Positions 1 through 11,646 of a stretch of 41,668 bases of DNA are shown in pieces; within the stretch, counting starts at the first letter, position 1, and each line of letters begins with the position of its first letter. Origin of the DNA: Octopus sinensis (taxonomy: Eukaryota); assembly GCF_006345805.1 (NCBI RefSeq), contig NW_021832608.1, positions 1 to 41,668 of the forward strand, written 5' to 3'. The notes beneath the pieces are model-generated. The model was given only the letters and a program-made list of their open reading frames with translations, did no database searches and was not told the DNA's origin. A program made the position numbers and the translations under genes.

Positions 1-293
1 GTCTTCAGCTCTGGTGTTGGGTGCATGTCTTCTTTCTTCTTCTTTCTTCTGTTCCCTGGCCTCTTCAATGTATCGTCAGCGAGTGTCAGCCAGTGACTGA
101 CTGTCTTGTCAAAATTTCTCCCTTTAAATACCTGCCACATAGGCTCTGCGGCAGCCCCAGCAAGTTGTCACGTGACCACGTCTCACCTTAACTGACTAGT
201 GAAGGCGGGTAGTTTTAGCCTGCTCTTTTTCTAAACGACCGTCACCTGTCAGTCAGCGAAGCTGATTCAGTCAGCTTGTCTCACCTAATGATA

Positions 294-2430
294 TTATTTC
301 CCGTCGGCGTGTTTATGACTTTCAAGCCATTTTCGGTCTTCCCGCTTAAGCCATATATAGAAGCTGGCTTTTTCAACCGCCTCCTGTACTCTCCTTATTA
401 GTTTATGCAGCTCGGGGCTAGAAAAAACAAATCTTCTTTTGAAAAGCGTTTGTCATTTTTTTTCAATGAAGCCTCTAGCCCCCACTGATAATATTCGACA
501 TTCCATCCCTGTTCTCTGCATTCTTCGATTAGCTTTTCATACCTCTTCTCCTTTCGTTCCTCTGCATTGCCGATGTTCTCTTCCCAAGGTACTGTCAGTT
601 CTAGTAAAATTCCCATTTTCCGGTCTCTGTTCCATTGAACTAAATCCGGTCTTTTTGTTGTTTTTATTAGTGGAAATACTACTTGTCTTTCCAAGTCTGT
701 GGCCACCTCCCAGTATCCCTTCCATCTTTCGTCTATCTCGTATACTTTACTTGTAGGCCTGGTTTTATAACCTTTTCCCTCCTTGTGGAAGTATACTTTC
801 CTGCGCTTTTCTACTTTGGGTACTCTCCCTTATTGTACCTCTCAATCTTCTCCTTGAGTGCTGCGCTTATGACACCGAGGACTTGATTATGCCGCCATGT
901 ATATCTTTCAAGTGCTAGTCTGCAACCTGACAGAACATGTCTAACCATTGCTTTCTCTCCGCATCTACACTCATCGGGTTTTGTTATGTTCCACCGGACT
1001 AAGTTCGCTGGTGAGGGTAGAACGTCGAAGGTAGACTTGATCAGGAAGGATGTCCTTGCTTGTTCCCAAGCCCAAAGTTCCTTCCATGATATTCTGCGGT
1101 TGATCACATATTCCTCCCATCTCAGGCACTGTCCCTGTTGACTGCATTGCACCAAATGTACATTTCGCCTTTCTTCTTCCTCCTTTCTCACTTCGTATAC
1201 CACTGCCTCTTTCATCTCTTTTACACTGCTCTTGCAAAATGGCTTGAAATTTTGTGACCCTAGGCCGGTTCTAGCTTCTTGTGTCACTCCGACTATCTGC
1301 GTGCTTTAGTTTTCCGATCGCCCTGTTTACTGCCTCTTCCGCCTTCCATTTCCTCCCTGTTCGTACCTTTGGTGGATTTTCCCGGATGCTCTGATCTTTT
1401 GAATACCTTAGCATCATTACTGCCCTTGCCTTTCCTGCCTTATATTCTTTGGTGATTGATGTTATTAGTAGTGCAGCATGGGTTTTCCATATAGTGCAGT
1501 TGTATTCAGTGGTTTCGCAGACCAGACCAGGCCATTTCTGATAAACACACTGCATCATTGCTCCATCCTTTCTACTCTACTCGAGGCTATTTTGTACATT
1601 TGCAATGGCCACATTATTCTTCTTGGTACAGCCCAAATTGCAGTATTCAACATTTGAATTTTCCCGGCAGGTTGTTCTGTCAATTGCCTTTAATCCTTGT
1701 TCCACTAACTCGTGTGTTTCTTTCCCTTGCTACTTATCATTTAATAAATCTCTATACCATCTGCCGAGACTCTTTACTGGTTGTTCTTTCACCGTTGGCA
1801 TGTCTTCACTTCCTATCCTGAATTTCACTTCTTCTTGCCTTCCTTTCACGAAAGCCCACCTTCGAGATTTTTTGGCTTTGAATTTCATCCTTGCCCATCC
1901 TATCAGTTCGTCCAAACTGCTCTAATGTTCCCTCTGCGCTTTCTACTTTCTGATAATATAGTTACGCCGTCCATAAAAGCCCTTAATGGTGTCTTTGTAA
2001 CAGCTTTCTCACAGTTTGTAGATCTGAGTAGCATTTTCATGACTAGCACTAATAAGATGACTGATATGGTGCATCCGACTGCAATACTTATTTCAAGCTG
2101 TTGCCACTCCGTTGTGAACTTTCCTGCTGTAAATCTCATCTTCAGGTTGTCGTAGTACAACATGAGCATTCGTTGAACATCTTTTGGAATCCAAACGAAG
2201 TCCATCGCTGTTTTTATTATTGTGTGCAGAACAGATCCATAAGCATTGGCAAGATCTAGCCAAACAATAAATAGGTTTTTCTTCATTTGTTTTGCACAGG
2301 TGATGGCTTCCCAGATGGAAAATGCGTGTTCTATGCACCCAGGGATTCCTGCTTTTTGAATCGCTTCATTAACGTATCTGTTATGCTGTACGAATCTTAT
2401 GATTCATCTAGCAAATGATAGGAATGAGGG
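294..2430 (-). mobile_element. Degenerate, 5'-truncated Hero-clade (R2 superfamily, RLE) non-LTR retrotransposon: RT, CCHC knuckle and restriction-like endonuclease
   Basis: Minus-strand translation gives RT motifs QKAGIPGCIEH / WLDLANAYGSV / RAFMDG (FMDD-like), TGRKWKAEEAV, the knuckle PSPANL..ECRCGEKAMVRHVLSGC..YTWRHNQVL and the RLE RPDLV..ILLELTVPWEEN..EERKEKRYEKL. After a frameshift it continues VGARGF..EAVEKASFYIWLKREDRKW to a stop at 294-296. Several stops and frameshifts are present. Confidence 0.9.
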
Positions 2431-2469
2431 TGACAGCATCTCTTCTGTTGCCCTCATCACATTCGGTCA

Positions 2470-2995
2470 AAAGTGGAATCATAAACGCTTAGCATTCTAG
2501 TCCACCAAAAAGCCAGACCGTTTTGATTATCCTGCCACGTTATTTTCGACGGACCAGAACCGTTTTAAGCGATCTCATTTTCAACCCCATCTCCTCCGAT
2601 CATATTTTGGGGTTTTCTGCCCCAAACTGGCAACAAACTCAGCACAGAAAGACAGCCAATTTACAGAGGTTTTACAGCAGAATCCGAGATTTTCCTCGAT
2701 TAATCTGTGCTGAAGAAGTGAGTGATTTATGAAAATCAAAAATCTTCCAAGGCGGAACATGGGTTGTTTTCCAGAAAGGAGTTCTTCAATAAAGATTCAG
2801 AATATCCACAATCCCTTCTGGATTGGCGACGTCGTCGTACCATCCTACGGCAACACTACAAGTTCGTTTCCTTGTGCAAAATACATGGAAATTATATGTC
2901 GGACAATTGTGGGTTAACGGCAGGACACCGTGTTCCATGAAAAACGTAATGGTAGTATTATTTTTACCGTGGTAACGGAGAACTCCTTCATAAAG
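2470..2995 (-). mobile_element. Merlin (IS1016/IS1595-like DDE) DNA transposase remnant
   Basis: Manual minus-strand translation across frameshifts: FFMEHGVLPLTHNCPT..IEENLGFCCKTSVNWLSFC..IGGDGVE.EI..ETVLVRRK*RGRIIKTVWLFGGLEC. This matches the Merlin pattern W..FCRE..IGG.G..VEIDE....RKYNRGR....W.FGG.E. It is not present in the ORF track. Confidence 0.8.
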
Positions 2996-3529
2996 AGTGA
3001 TATTGCAACAGTTGCATAGAGCTAGGATGTTAGAGAAAAATTAGGATTTTGTGTATCTGTGCGCGCACATGTGTGAAATAGAAAGGAAGAGAAATAGAGT
3101 GAGTGAAGGTGATGATGGATGCCTTTTAAGGTACACACTCATTTTGAAAATGTGACAGCATGGTCGTCGCATAAAATGTTTACGATAGATAACTTATGGA
3201 AAAGATTATTTTAAATTTTTGTAATTCAAATATGTCCTGTCAATGAAAATAAAGTTGGCGTAGTTAATAGTGGAAATAGTACTGAATCTTTTGCTACCCC
3301 ATACGTGAAAACTGATCCCACACCACCCCTCCCTACTCAGCAATAGAGGGTGCGTGAGCGCAACAATCTCTACAACTCAAAAAAAATGAACGGCTTAACA
3401 AATGGAACAGCATGTTTTACATAAGGGTTGTGTAGGTCGGTCTTGTTTTTTTTCGCTTTAAAGGTAAACGATTCTCATAGAAGCAAACACGATATTGAAT
3501 AATTCGGTACTACTTAAGAAGAGTGGTCC

Positions 3530-3610
3530 CTCTCCTTCTCTCTCTCCAGCTCCCTCCCCTCCTCTCTCTCTAGCTCCAACTCAACCTCTCACTCTCTCCA
3601 GCTCTCTCAG
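3530..3610. repeat. CT-rich low-complexity tract
   Basis: Pyrimidine-rich run ctctccttctctctctccagctccctcccct... on the plus strand. Confidence 0.8.
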
Positions 3611-4058
3611 CAGACGACATTGAAGCGTTACTTCTGAACGGCTGAAAATTTCTTCGCTCCAAATTAATAAAGGTAATTTGTTTTGCAGCTTATACATCCA
3701 GAAATCAATATATAGAGTAATTTTAGCAGGTATGTAAAACATTGTTTTCATAAACTTTGACTTGTTTCACACAAACATTAAAAAGGTTTATTTTTTTCTC
3801 CAGACATCGTTACCACTAACTTTTATAACTTCAGCATTCGTTTATCACCAATTGTCATCTCGGAAAAAAAAATTTTTTCCACAAATTTCTTTATAATAGT
3901 CATGTATGCCGTTGAAAGGTGTCTGTTTTAAACTTTTATTGAAAAAAAACTGCATTTTCCCAAAAGTTACGAGAGAAAAGCTCGGATTCTGAATTTTACG
4001 AGGTCTTCTGGTCGCCCTCTTGCAAGAAATTTTTCTCCACAAATTTCTTTATAATCGT

Positions 4059-4955
4059 CATGCTTTTCAATCTTTTGCTGGAGCCGAACCCCAAGGAAAC
4101 ATTCCACTGGCTTGAGGAACCCCTGTGCAATAATCTAATTGTCTTATGCAAAAAAAAAAAGCATTTAATTAATGAAATGAAAATACTCATGTTCAGATTT
4201 ATTTACAATTAAATCACAAACTAAAAAAATTGTCATGTACATATGCAATTTTATTCTTGCATCTACCGTTATTATTAAAACGTGTATTAAAAAACTTTAG
4301 TTTTAATAGGTTACATTTATTCTCATCAAAAACTCAACGAGAAACTTGAGCCTGGTGTTTCTTGCACAACTCTTTAAGATTGGGTCGTGTTTCTGATAGA
4401 TACACACAAAGTTCATCTTCCACAGACCGCAATTGTGCTTGATGGTTGTCAGGACTAAAAATCCAAATTCACAGGAGTAGGAGTTGAAAACTGCACAAGA
4501 AGTCGCAGCGCTTTCTGGGCGATTGCAGGATACTCCTTTTCAACCAGCAACCAAAATGCCATCCAGGTGAAGCTCAGAATGTTCTGTCATTTAAAACACT
4601 GGCAAGTTCTTCTTCTGTTAATGTGAACTGTTCTTCAAATGGCTCAAATTCCACAAATAGGTTTCTAATCCAGTCATACTGGTCAACAGATATCCATGGA
4701 AAATATTGTCAAGATTTGTTAACAAAGTGTGTAAATGGTTCAAAATCAGTAGCGCAGCTTCTTGACAATTCCTTTTAAAAACACTTGGAAACATTTCCAA
4801 ATTTCCTGCAGCTATGCGTTTCTTCCATATTGTCAGTTTCTTCTGAAAAGCATTTATTTTGTCAGTAGAAGACAAGATATTTTCGTTCCTGCCCTGCATG
4901 CCATGTTCAAAGGCTTACCTCATGAAAATATCGGCAAGATATACTAACTTGGAAC
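4059..4955 (-). mobile_element. hAT transposon (Charlie/Buster, ZBED5/SCAND3-like) 3' part: transposase C-terminus plus a terminal remnant
   Basis: KLVYLADIF..MQGRNENILSSTDKINAFQKKLTIWKKRIAAGNLEMFP, then EYPAIAQKALRLLVQFST..CEFGF..VEDELCVYLSETRPNLKELCKKHQAQVSR* (stop ~4334). A Charlie-like terminus catgcttttcaatcttttgctggagccgaacccc starts at ~4059. Confidence 0.85.
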
Positions 4956-4957
4956 CC

Positions 4958-5430
4958 TATTTTCCTTAAAGATACGAGGGAAACGCTCGGATCTTGTGAA
5001 TTTCCAGAAATCATCTCACCACCTTTTTTGGAAAAGACTGTCGCCATAAACTTCTAGGAAATCTGAATGTATGTCAAAGGAATATATTTCAATTATATTT
5101 CATAGAATAAAAAAACCATTTTCCTTAAAGATACAACGAAAACGCTCGGATCTTGTGAATTTCCAGAAATCATCTCCCCATAAACTTCTAGGTAATATGA
5201 ATGTATGCCAAAAGAAATGCATTTCTATTAAATTTCATTGAATATAAAAACCCATTTTCCTTAAAGATACGACGGAAACGCTCGGATCTTGTGGATTTAT
5301 AAAAATCATCTCCCCACTCTTTTTGGAAAAACTGTCCCCATAAAATTCTAGGTAATCTGAATGTATGCCAAAAGAAAGCATTTCCATTAAATTTCATTGA
5401 AGAAAACCCCAACGTTTCTTAAGATACGAC
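4958..5430. repeat. Tandem repeat, ~135-160 bp unit, about 3 copies plus a partial
   Basis: ttttccttaaagatac..aaacgctcggatcttgtg..aaatcatctc..cataaa.ttctagg.aat.tgaatgtatg recurs at ~4960, ~5119, ~5255, with a partial at ~5415. Confidence 0.9.
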
Positions 5431-5725
5431 AGAAATAGTCTTTTTATGTCGAATAGTTTAATGGCGAAGATGTAAACACCACCAACGCAGGTGAGGGATA
5501 AACACGCACACATACGACAGGCTTCTATTAGTTTGTTTACCAATCCACTCACAAAGCTTTGGTTGGCCAAGTAAATAGTTGAAGACATTAGCCCAAGGTG
5601 CCATGTGGTTGGGAAGCAAACTACTTACTACATATTTAATATGACTTATTCCATTTATTACTTAATTTATGTATGCATTTCTTCCGTTTAGCGTAATTAG
5701 TAAAAAAGTTCGAGTGTATAAACAG

Positions 5726-5823
5726 GGCGAAGGTGTAGAATATGCACACCATTCGTTTTCGGGTTAGGGTTAGAGTTAGGATTATGCCGAAGACAGGTGG
5801 TGTGTGTATTCTTTACCTCCGCC
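5726..5823. mobile_element. ~98-bp MITE-like element with 25-bp imperfect TIRs and internal telomere-like repeats
   Basis: GGCGAAGGTGTAGAATATGCACACC (5726-5750) and GGTGTGTGTATTCTTTACCTCCGCC (5799-5823) match at 20/25 as an inverted repeat. The interior contains GGGTTAGGGTTAGAGTTAGG. Confidence 0.6.
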
Positions 5824-6524
5824 ATTTTTTAAAATTACACTCAAGCAAAAGTATAATTTATGAATATTTTTTTCTATTCGAAAGTCCTCTCCCCATCCGC
5901 GCCGAAAAGATTTTCCCCACAAATTTCTTCATAATCGTAATCTATGCCATTTGAAAGGTATTGATTCCGTAACTCCTTAAAAGGTTTTAAAAAAGAAAGA
6001 AATTAAATGAAAATGTTCAATTTTTTCTTCTAATAATATTACGAACTGTTAAGTCTAGTCCCTATCCCAGCATGCCTCTCTCTCTATCGTCTGCTTTTTT
6101 TTACATTTGTACAAGACACGAGTCGACATGCTTCAGGTAAGTAATTTCTTAAAGCAGAGAGAAAAAAAAAGTGTGAGAATGACTATTTGTTGTTTAAATT
6201 ATTCATTAATAAAGACTCACAAATGTTTTATTGTTCAATGTATATATTATTGTATATTATATTTATTGTTCAATGTATATATAACTGTATATTAATATTT
6301 ACTCTAGATTAAGTCGTCCAAATTTGAAATAGCTACAATATTGACATAATCAACAAAGGATTTGTAGAAACTTGAGCCAGCCTTTTATATTGTATTTACT
6401 TTTTAGTAAATATGAATGATAGATTCGTTGTATAGCATTATGAAGTTATAAGAAAATTTAACATATTGTTAGTGATTAATCTGGTTAAACTAAAGCGTTA
6501 AACCCGGTCAAAAAAAAAAAAAAA

Positions 6525-6835
6525 TTGTGTAACATGTGTAAAACAACTTGCTCTAAACGAATATGACAAAAAAAAATGCACCTCGCGAAAGTGGGGTGGG
6601 TAAGAGGCCTCGGAAAATTCACATCGGGAATTTCCGAAAGCGTCTGACACGAGCACAAAAACAAAAATAGTGTAATAGGTGTAAAACAACTTGCTCTAAA
6701 CGAATATGATGAAAATAATGCGCGCTCGCGAAAGTGGGGTGGGAGAGAGGCCTCGGAAATTTCACATCTTCAGTCCATGGCCTTTAAAAAAAAATAGTGT
6801 AATTGGTGTAAAAACTACTTGTTCTAAACGATTAT
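6525..6835. repeat. Tandem duplication, ~140-bp unit, 2 copies plus a partial
   Basis: gtgtaaaacaacttgctctaaacgaatatga..cgcgaaagtggggtggg..gaggcctcggaaa.ttcacatc at ~6537 and ~6679, with a partial at ~6806. Confidence 0.85.
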
Positions 6836-7599
6836 CAAGAACACACACTCACACATGAATCATAAACTCCGTATTTTTGTACGTGATTCGCCAAAAAAAA
6901 AAGAAGAAAATAAACTGTAAATGTATATCATCTATTTTACAACCGTGCAAATACGGAACTATAATGGCTGAAAATTGGTGTCTGACTTTTCGCAAAGCAT
7001 TGTGGGATTGTCGTCTGTATGATATCAATGGCGCGAGATTCAGTTTTTTATTGAAATTTTTATTGAATATTGGTCCTGCAGAGTGAAAGAAGTAAGTAAG
7101 AAATTATTATTAGACTGGAGAATGATACTCCACATCCCCATTAAGACTTTTCGTTTTCAATGTACTCGAGTGTTGTTGTTTCTGTTATTGTTGTGATGTG
7201 TGGTTGCATGTTCGAAATGTAATTAGATAAGTTTTCAACAGACATTCTAACTGATTTGTCAGTCGAGAAGCATACAATCTCTCTATTTTTTAATTTGTTA
7301 TGGCCTTTCTTAATTTGGTGTCAAGATCACGGGTCTTATTTTTTGTTCGTTTTTGTTTATGCCTTTGGGTGTAATTAGAGAAAGCTGACAGGAGTTTGGA
7401 TTTAGTAAGGGTAAACTTTGCTGTACTGGAACGAAAACAATTGCAGCATGGAAGGTGTTTATAAGCCATTTAAGAAACACACAAAAACCGTTAGATTCAC
7501 TTTAATATTAAAATTTAATTTGTCAAAATATTTTCGTTGTTTTGAGACTGCGACTTCACTGACAAAATTCCGTGCTGCATCTGAGAAAGTAACAGTTAG

Positions 7600-7823
7600 T
7601 TCATGATATATATGTACGTACGTATGTATGTATGTATTATGTATGTATATGTGTGCATGTATGTATGTACTTATATACTTACGTATGTGAGTATTTAGGA
7701 GAAATAGACGTGTCTGTGTATGTACTTGCGAACGTATGTTTATGTAATATGTGTCAGTTCAATTTGTATACTTGATTGTTACCTTGCCACTCGCTATGCA
7801 AGTACATCACTTTCTCTCTCTCG

Positions 7824-7909
<86 letters not shown>

Positions 7910-8040
7910 AGCAGATTGTAACATAGATAAATATATAGACAGAAATAGATAGTCAGAAGAAGAATAGACATACCAACTACCAAACACCAAGAAAGATAGA
8001 CTGTTTGATAGCTCGATAGATATATAGATAAATAGATAGA
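7600..8040. repeat. Compound microsatellites (TATG)n, (CT)n-(TA)n-(GA)n, (TAGA)n
   Basis: Directly visible simple repeats. Confidence 0.95.
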
Positions 8041-8464
8041 TGCTTATGTTTTTTTATTGCTACGCATCACTCATTTTGTCCATTTTATGTTTCTCACCTG
8101 TACTGCCTTTGTAAAGAAATTAGCAAACTGAGCTGTTTTGCAATAAAGGCTTGAATGGATTGAGAGCCATATGATAAACTGGTGAAGGAAGCATGGATTT
8201 AAACTCTGCCTTATTAATTGCTTATTGGTGAAATAGCATAAAAAATATTGTTTATGGTTAAGATTTCTTAATTAATATCAGTTTCTATATTAGTGTATGC
8301 ATCTTTAGTGAAATGATGATGAACTCTCTTACAATATGACTATGTGAATTGCTGAAATTATGGTATATTGTAAATTTCACGAATATTTGAATGACAGGAA
8401 AGCTATCCTGTTCCTAACATGCAGATTTATTTTCCCAAGTCATTTGATTAATTGGTCATGTTTG

Positions 8465-8665
8465 TAAAACAGGGGAATGCCTCAAATTTAGAGGAAGTGG
8501 TTAATTGATTAATTGATCTTATTACTTGACTTGCACTTTTTTTATCAACCATGAAAGGAAGAGAAACAAAGTTAGCCTCAACAGGATTTGAAACTAGAAT
8601 ATAAAGAGCTGGTAGAAATATTGGAAGGTATTTTGCCAACACTCTAACAATTGTGCCTCTCCACC
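8465..8665 (-). mobile_element. Degenerate tRNA-derived SINE
   Basis: The reverse complement contains a B-box-like TTCTAGTTTCAAATCC followed by GAGGCTAACTTTG..CCTTTC..GGTTGATAAA, resembling a common octopus SINE body. It explains spurious ORF 8448-8786. Confidence 0.6.
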
Positions 8666-9729
8666 ATCTTAAGTTTAATAGAATAAAATGTGAATGAATT
8701 TGATGAATTTCTTGTGTAGTTTTAATGAAAGTTGGTCTCACATTGCTTGCATTTATATCTTTCCTGAGACATGTAAAAGTTTTCATTTGTATAATACTTG
8801 GCTGCTTGTCACTTCAAATAAAGAGTAGTGAACTGATATTAAAGCCAAAATTTTCCTTTCGCTACTATTAGGATGTTTTTCATTTTTACTTTCAGGGTTA
8901 AAAAATGAATGATTACACTTATTGGTTTACATGCAAACTTTGTTTATTTTATATCCTTCTATATGTTGGATATGCAAATTTCACAAAGCGGGGATAGACA
9001 CAACTGTCTTCACACAACCTACTTCAGATTACTCCACTAAACACAATACTCTAATAAATAGAAACTCTGAACAATGTCAACAACTTCCATGAACTCCCAA
9101 TGACTCTCTTTGTCTCAACCAATATGCTAATTTTTTTATAAGAGTTTTGCTAGTCCATTCTTCCAATCCCATAGGGGTGCCAATGACTCTCACCACAACA
9201 GTTTATACATGTATATTTACCAAAACAAGTATCCCATGCGAAGCTTCACCTGTATGTAAGTACATAACTTTTTTGTTAATTTAAGTTTTCTGTTAGTTAA
9301 CCATAGCTGTTTGTAAATTGAACACCTGTTTCTCTGTGTATATTGAACAATTTCCATAAGATATATATGTTTGTTTCCCAATGCCATGGTTTAGGGTCTA
9401 GTTCTACTGTGTGGCATTTTGGGCAAGAGTCTTCGACTATAGGTAGAGATCAACAAATGCATTTTTAGTGAAAGTGGTTGATGGGAACTCTATGAAGCTT
9501 ATTGCATGTGTGTGTATACACCATATCAATTATGTGATGCATGTTATAGGTAACTGTTGACAAAAAGTGCAAAATACTCATTGAAAAATCAAAATAATTT
9601 AGAGTAATGTCAAGAAGGGATGTAGAATGGATAGTGGAAGGTGTCCCACAGTATTGCAGCCTAGGCCTATGTGTCATCTTGCTACTGCAAGAGAGTACAG
9701 ACCATTGAATGTTTGTGAAATATTGGCAG

Positions 9730-10390
9730 CTAAGATTATGAACTCTTTGGATTTACTGATTACCTTGATGTCAGTGAGATTGCCATTGTCAAACAAGAGA
9801 TTTGTTACCTTAGTAAGTGTCTACCCTCCAACCATGTGTTCCTCTGAAGAGAAAAAAGACTAATATTTTATCTTTCATGAAAAAAGCTTCTACGCAGTGT
9901 TCTTTCTGCTTATAAAATCTTCATACTTGGTGATTTGAATGAAAGCATTTGCAGAGATAAAAAATTTGGGATATAATTGGGAAACATGAAGCCAGAAAAT
10001 GCAATAGTAATGGCTTGTTTAGTACTGCAAGTGTGTTCGATTTTTGCATATACTGGGTGACTGTCAATCTCCTAGTGTGGAGCATGCTGTATTTGAGCAC
10101 CAAATATGTGGGAGTATTTATGTGATCAAGATGAAAGGCAATTAGGTCTCTCATTAATTTCTGTTTGGTGAGTTGGCCCTGAGGAAAAATCTAGGCAACA
10201 AATTGAAATTAAGGCATGAATGCATTAGAGACACTTAGAGGATCTAGATCAAATTAGAGAAGTGAAAACATCACTAAGTTTTTGATGGAAAAATTGTTTC
10301 ATGTTGGAATGAGTGAATTTGAATGAATCTCAATAAAATCTTAGTGTGCATGAAAAGCTTGAGAGAGATTTTTGAAAAGGTCTTAATGTT
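9730..10390 (+). mobile_element. RTE-clade LINE remnant: APE endonuclease fragment joined to the extreme RT C-terminus (internally deleted)
   Basis: LMSVRLPLSNKRFVTLVSVYPPTMCSSEEKKD..ILGDLN..KCNSNGL matches the RTE APE consensus RLM.LRLPL...R.AT++SAYAPT..LGDFNA..NSNG. Downstream ..FGEL..GK....KLRH resembles the RTE C-terminus. Confidence 0.7.
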
Positions 10391-10398
10391 AATGTTTC

Positions 10399-11646
10399 CA
10401 TTGTGTTTTGCTTCAAAAACATGTAGACATGACAGAATTAAATAGACATCCTTATAATTGTTAAAATTTATTTAAATTATTTATTAATTATTATAATGTG
10501 AATATCTAATATTTAGTAGACAGGCTCCTTGCATTTTTGAATGCAAGGACCCTAGCAGGCATGCTACTGATCTGATGAATATTCTCTTCATGATTTTCTT
10601 GCCAAGTTTCTTGCAGTAATATCAAAAGATCTGGCTTTAAGGATGCTTTCTTTTCTTTTTAGGAAGTATCCATCCATCATGCCTCAGAGGTGTTCAGTAG
10701 GGTTCATATCTGGTGATTGGCTTAGCTATGGAAGCTTTTTAATGCCATTCTCTTCCAACCAATCCTGGGTCTTTTAGTTGTGCAAGAAAGCCCTATCTTC
10801 CATAAATAGTGTTATTTAATCATTTTACCCCTGGAGGTTATAGGAAGAAGATTTTTCTATAATATGGACACATTTATCTGAGTTTATGTATCCCTCACAT
10901 TCCACCATTTCTGATTGACTATTGCTCCAAACTGCTCTCCAGACCATCACATGTTTCATTGTTGGCTGCAATATATTCACGTGAAAATATTGGTGACTGA
11001 TTCTCCAGACCCACATTCGACCAGTGTCAGAAAATACAGCAAATCTGGATTCATCAGAGAATTTGACAGTGTCCCAAAGTGCTAGTGACCTCTCTACCAT
11101 TTCACTTGTCCAATCTTTTCTCCATTTGATATTGGCTGGTCGAAGCAGTGTCTTCTTTCTTGCTGCTCTGCCATAATAGCCAATTTTGCAGAGATAACTG
11201 ACAGCTATTCTGGGACTGACATCAACTTATTCTGCTATATTGGAGGCCTTGCAATGAGGATTATCTTACACACTTCTCTTAAGAAAGCAAAGTGTTCTGT
11301 CAGAGGGCCTTAGTCTACCTGGGTAAGGTGATATGGACTACTTTCCCGTTTAGTGAATTGAAAAATTACTCTATTTACTGTAGAAAGTGGAATCACAATG
11401 TTTTCTGTGGTTTTAGGCTAAGTCAGCCTTGAAATAGGCGCAGCATATGGCCTCTTTGTAAATTGGACATTTTTAAGGCTTCTTTTGTACATGGCATGAT
11501 TAAACAGTTACATATAGAACCTGAAACATATAAATGTCAATTAATAAAAAAAATATAAACCTCTTCAAGTTATAATAACAATGTGTTAATGGGTATCTAT
11601 TTACTTTTGTCATGTTTGTGTACAAATGTATCATTTGTTACAACTG
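10399..11646 (-). mobile_element. Tc1/mariner (Tc1-type) transposon, degenerate
   Basis: WDTVKFSDESRF..GRMWVWR..PTMKH.VMVW..GYINSDK; FMEDRA (second D); QSPDMNPTEHL; SMPARV..TKY* (stop 10506-10508). Inverted-repeat remnants at 10427-10451 and 11591-11615 match at 21/25. Confidence 0.9.

Noticed and set aside
8313-8355. C/D box snoRNA (ATGATGA...CTGA)
   Set aside because: Only ~43 nt box to box, with no terminal stem or recognisable guide.
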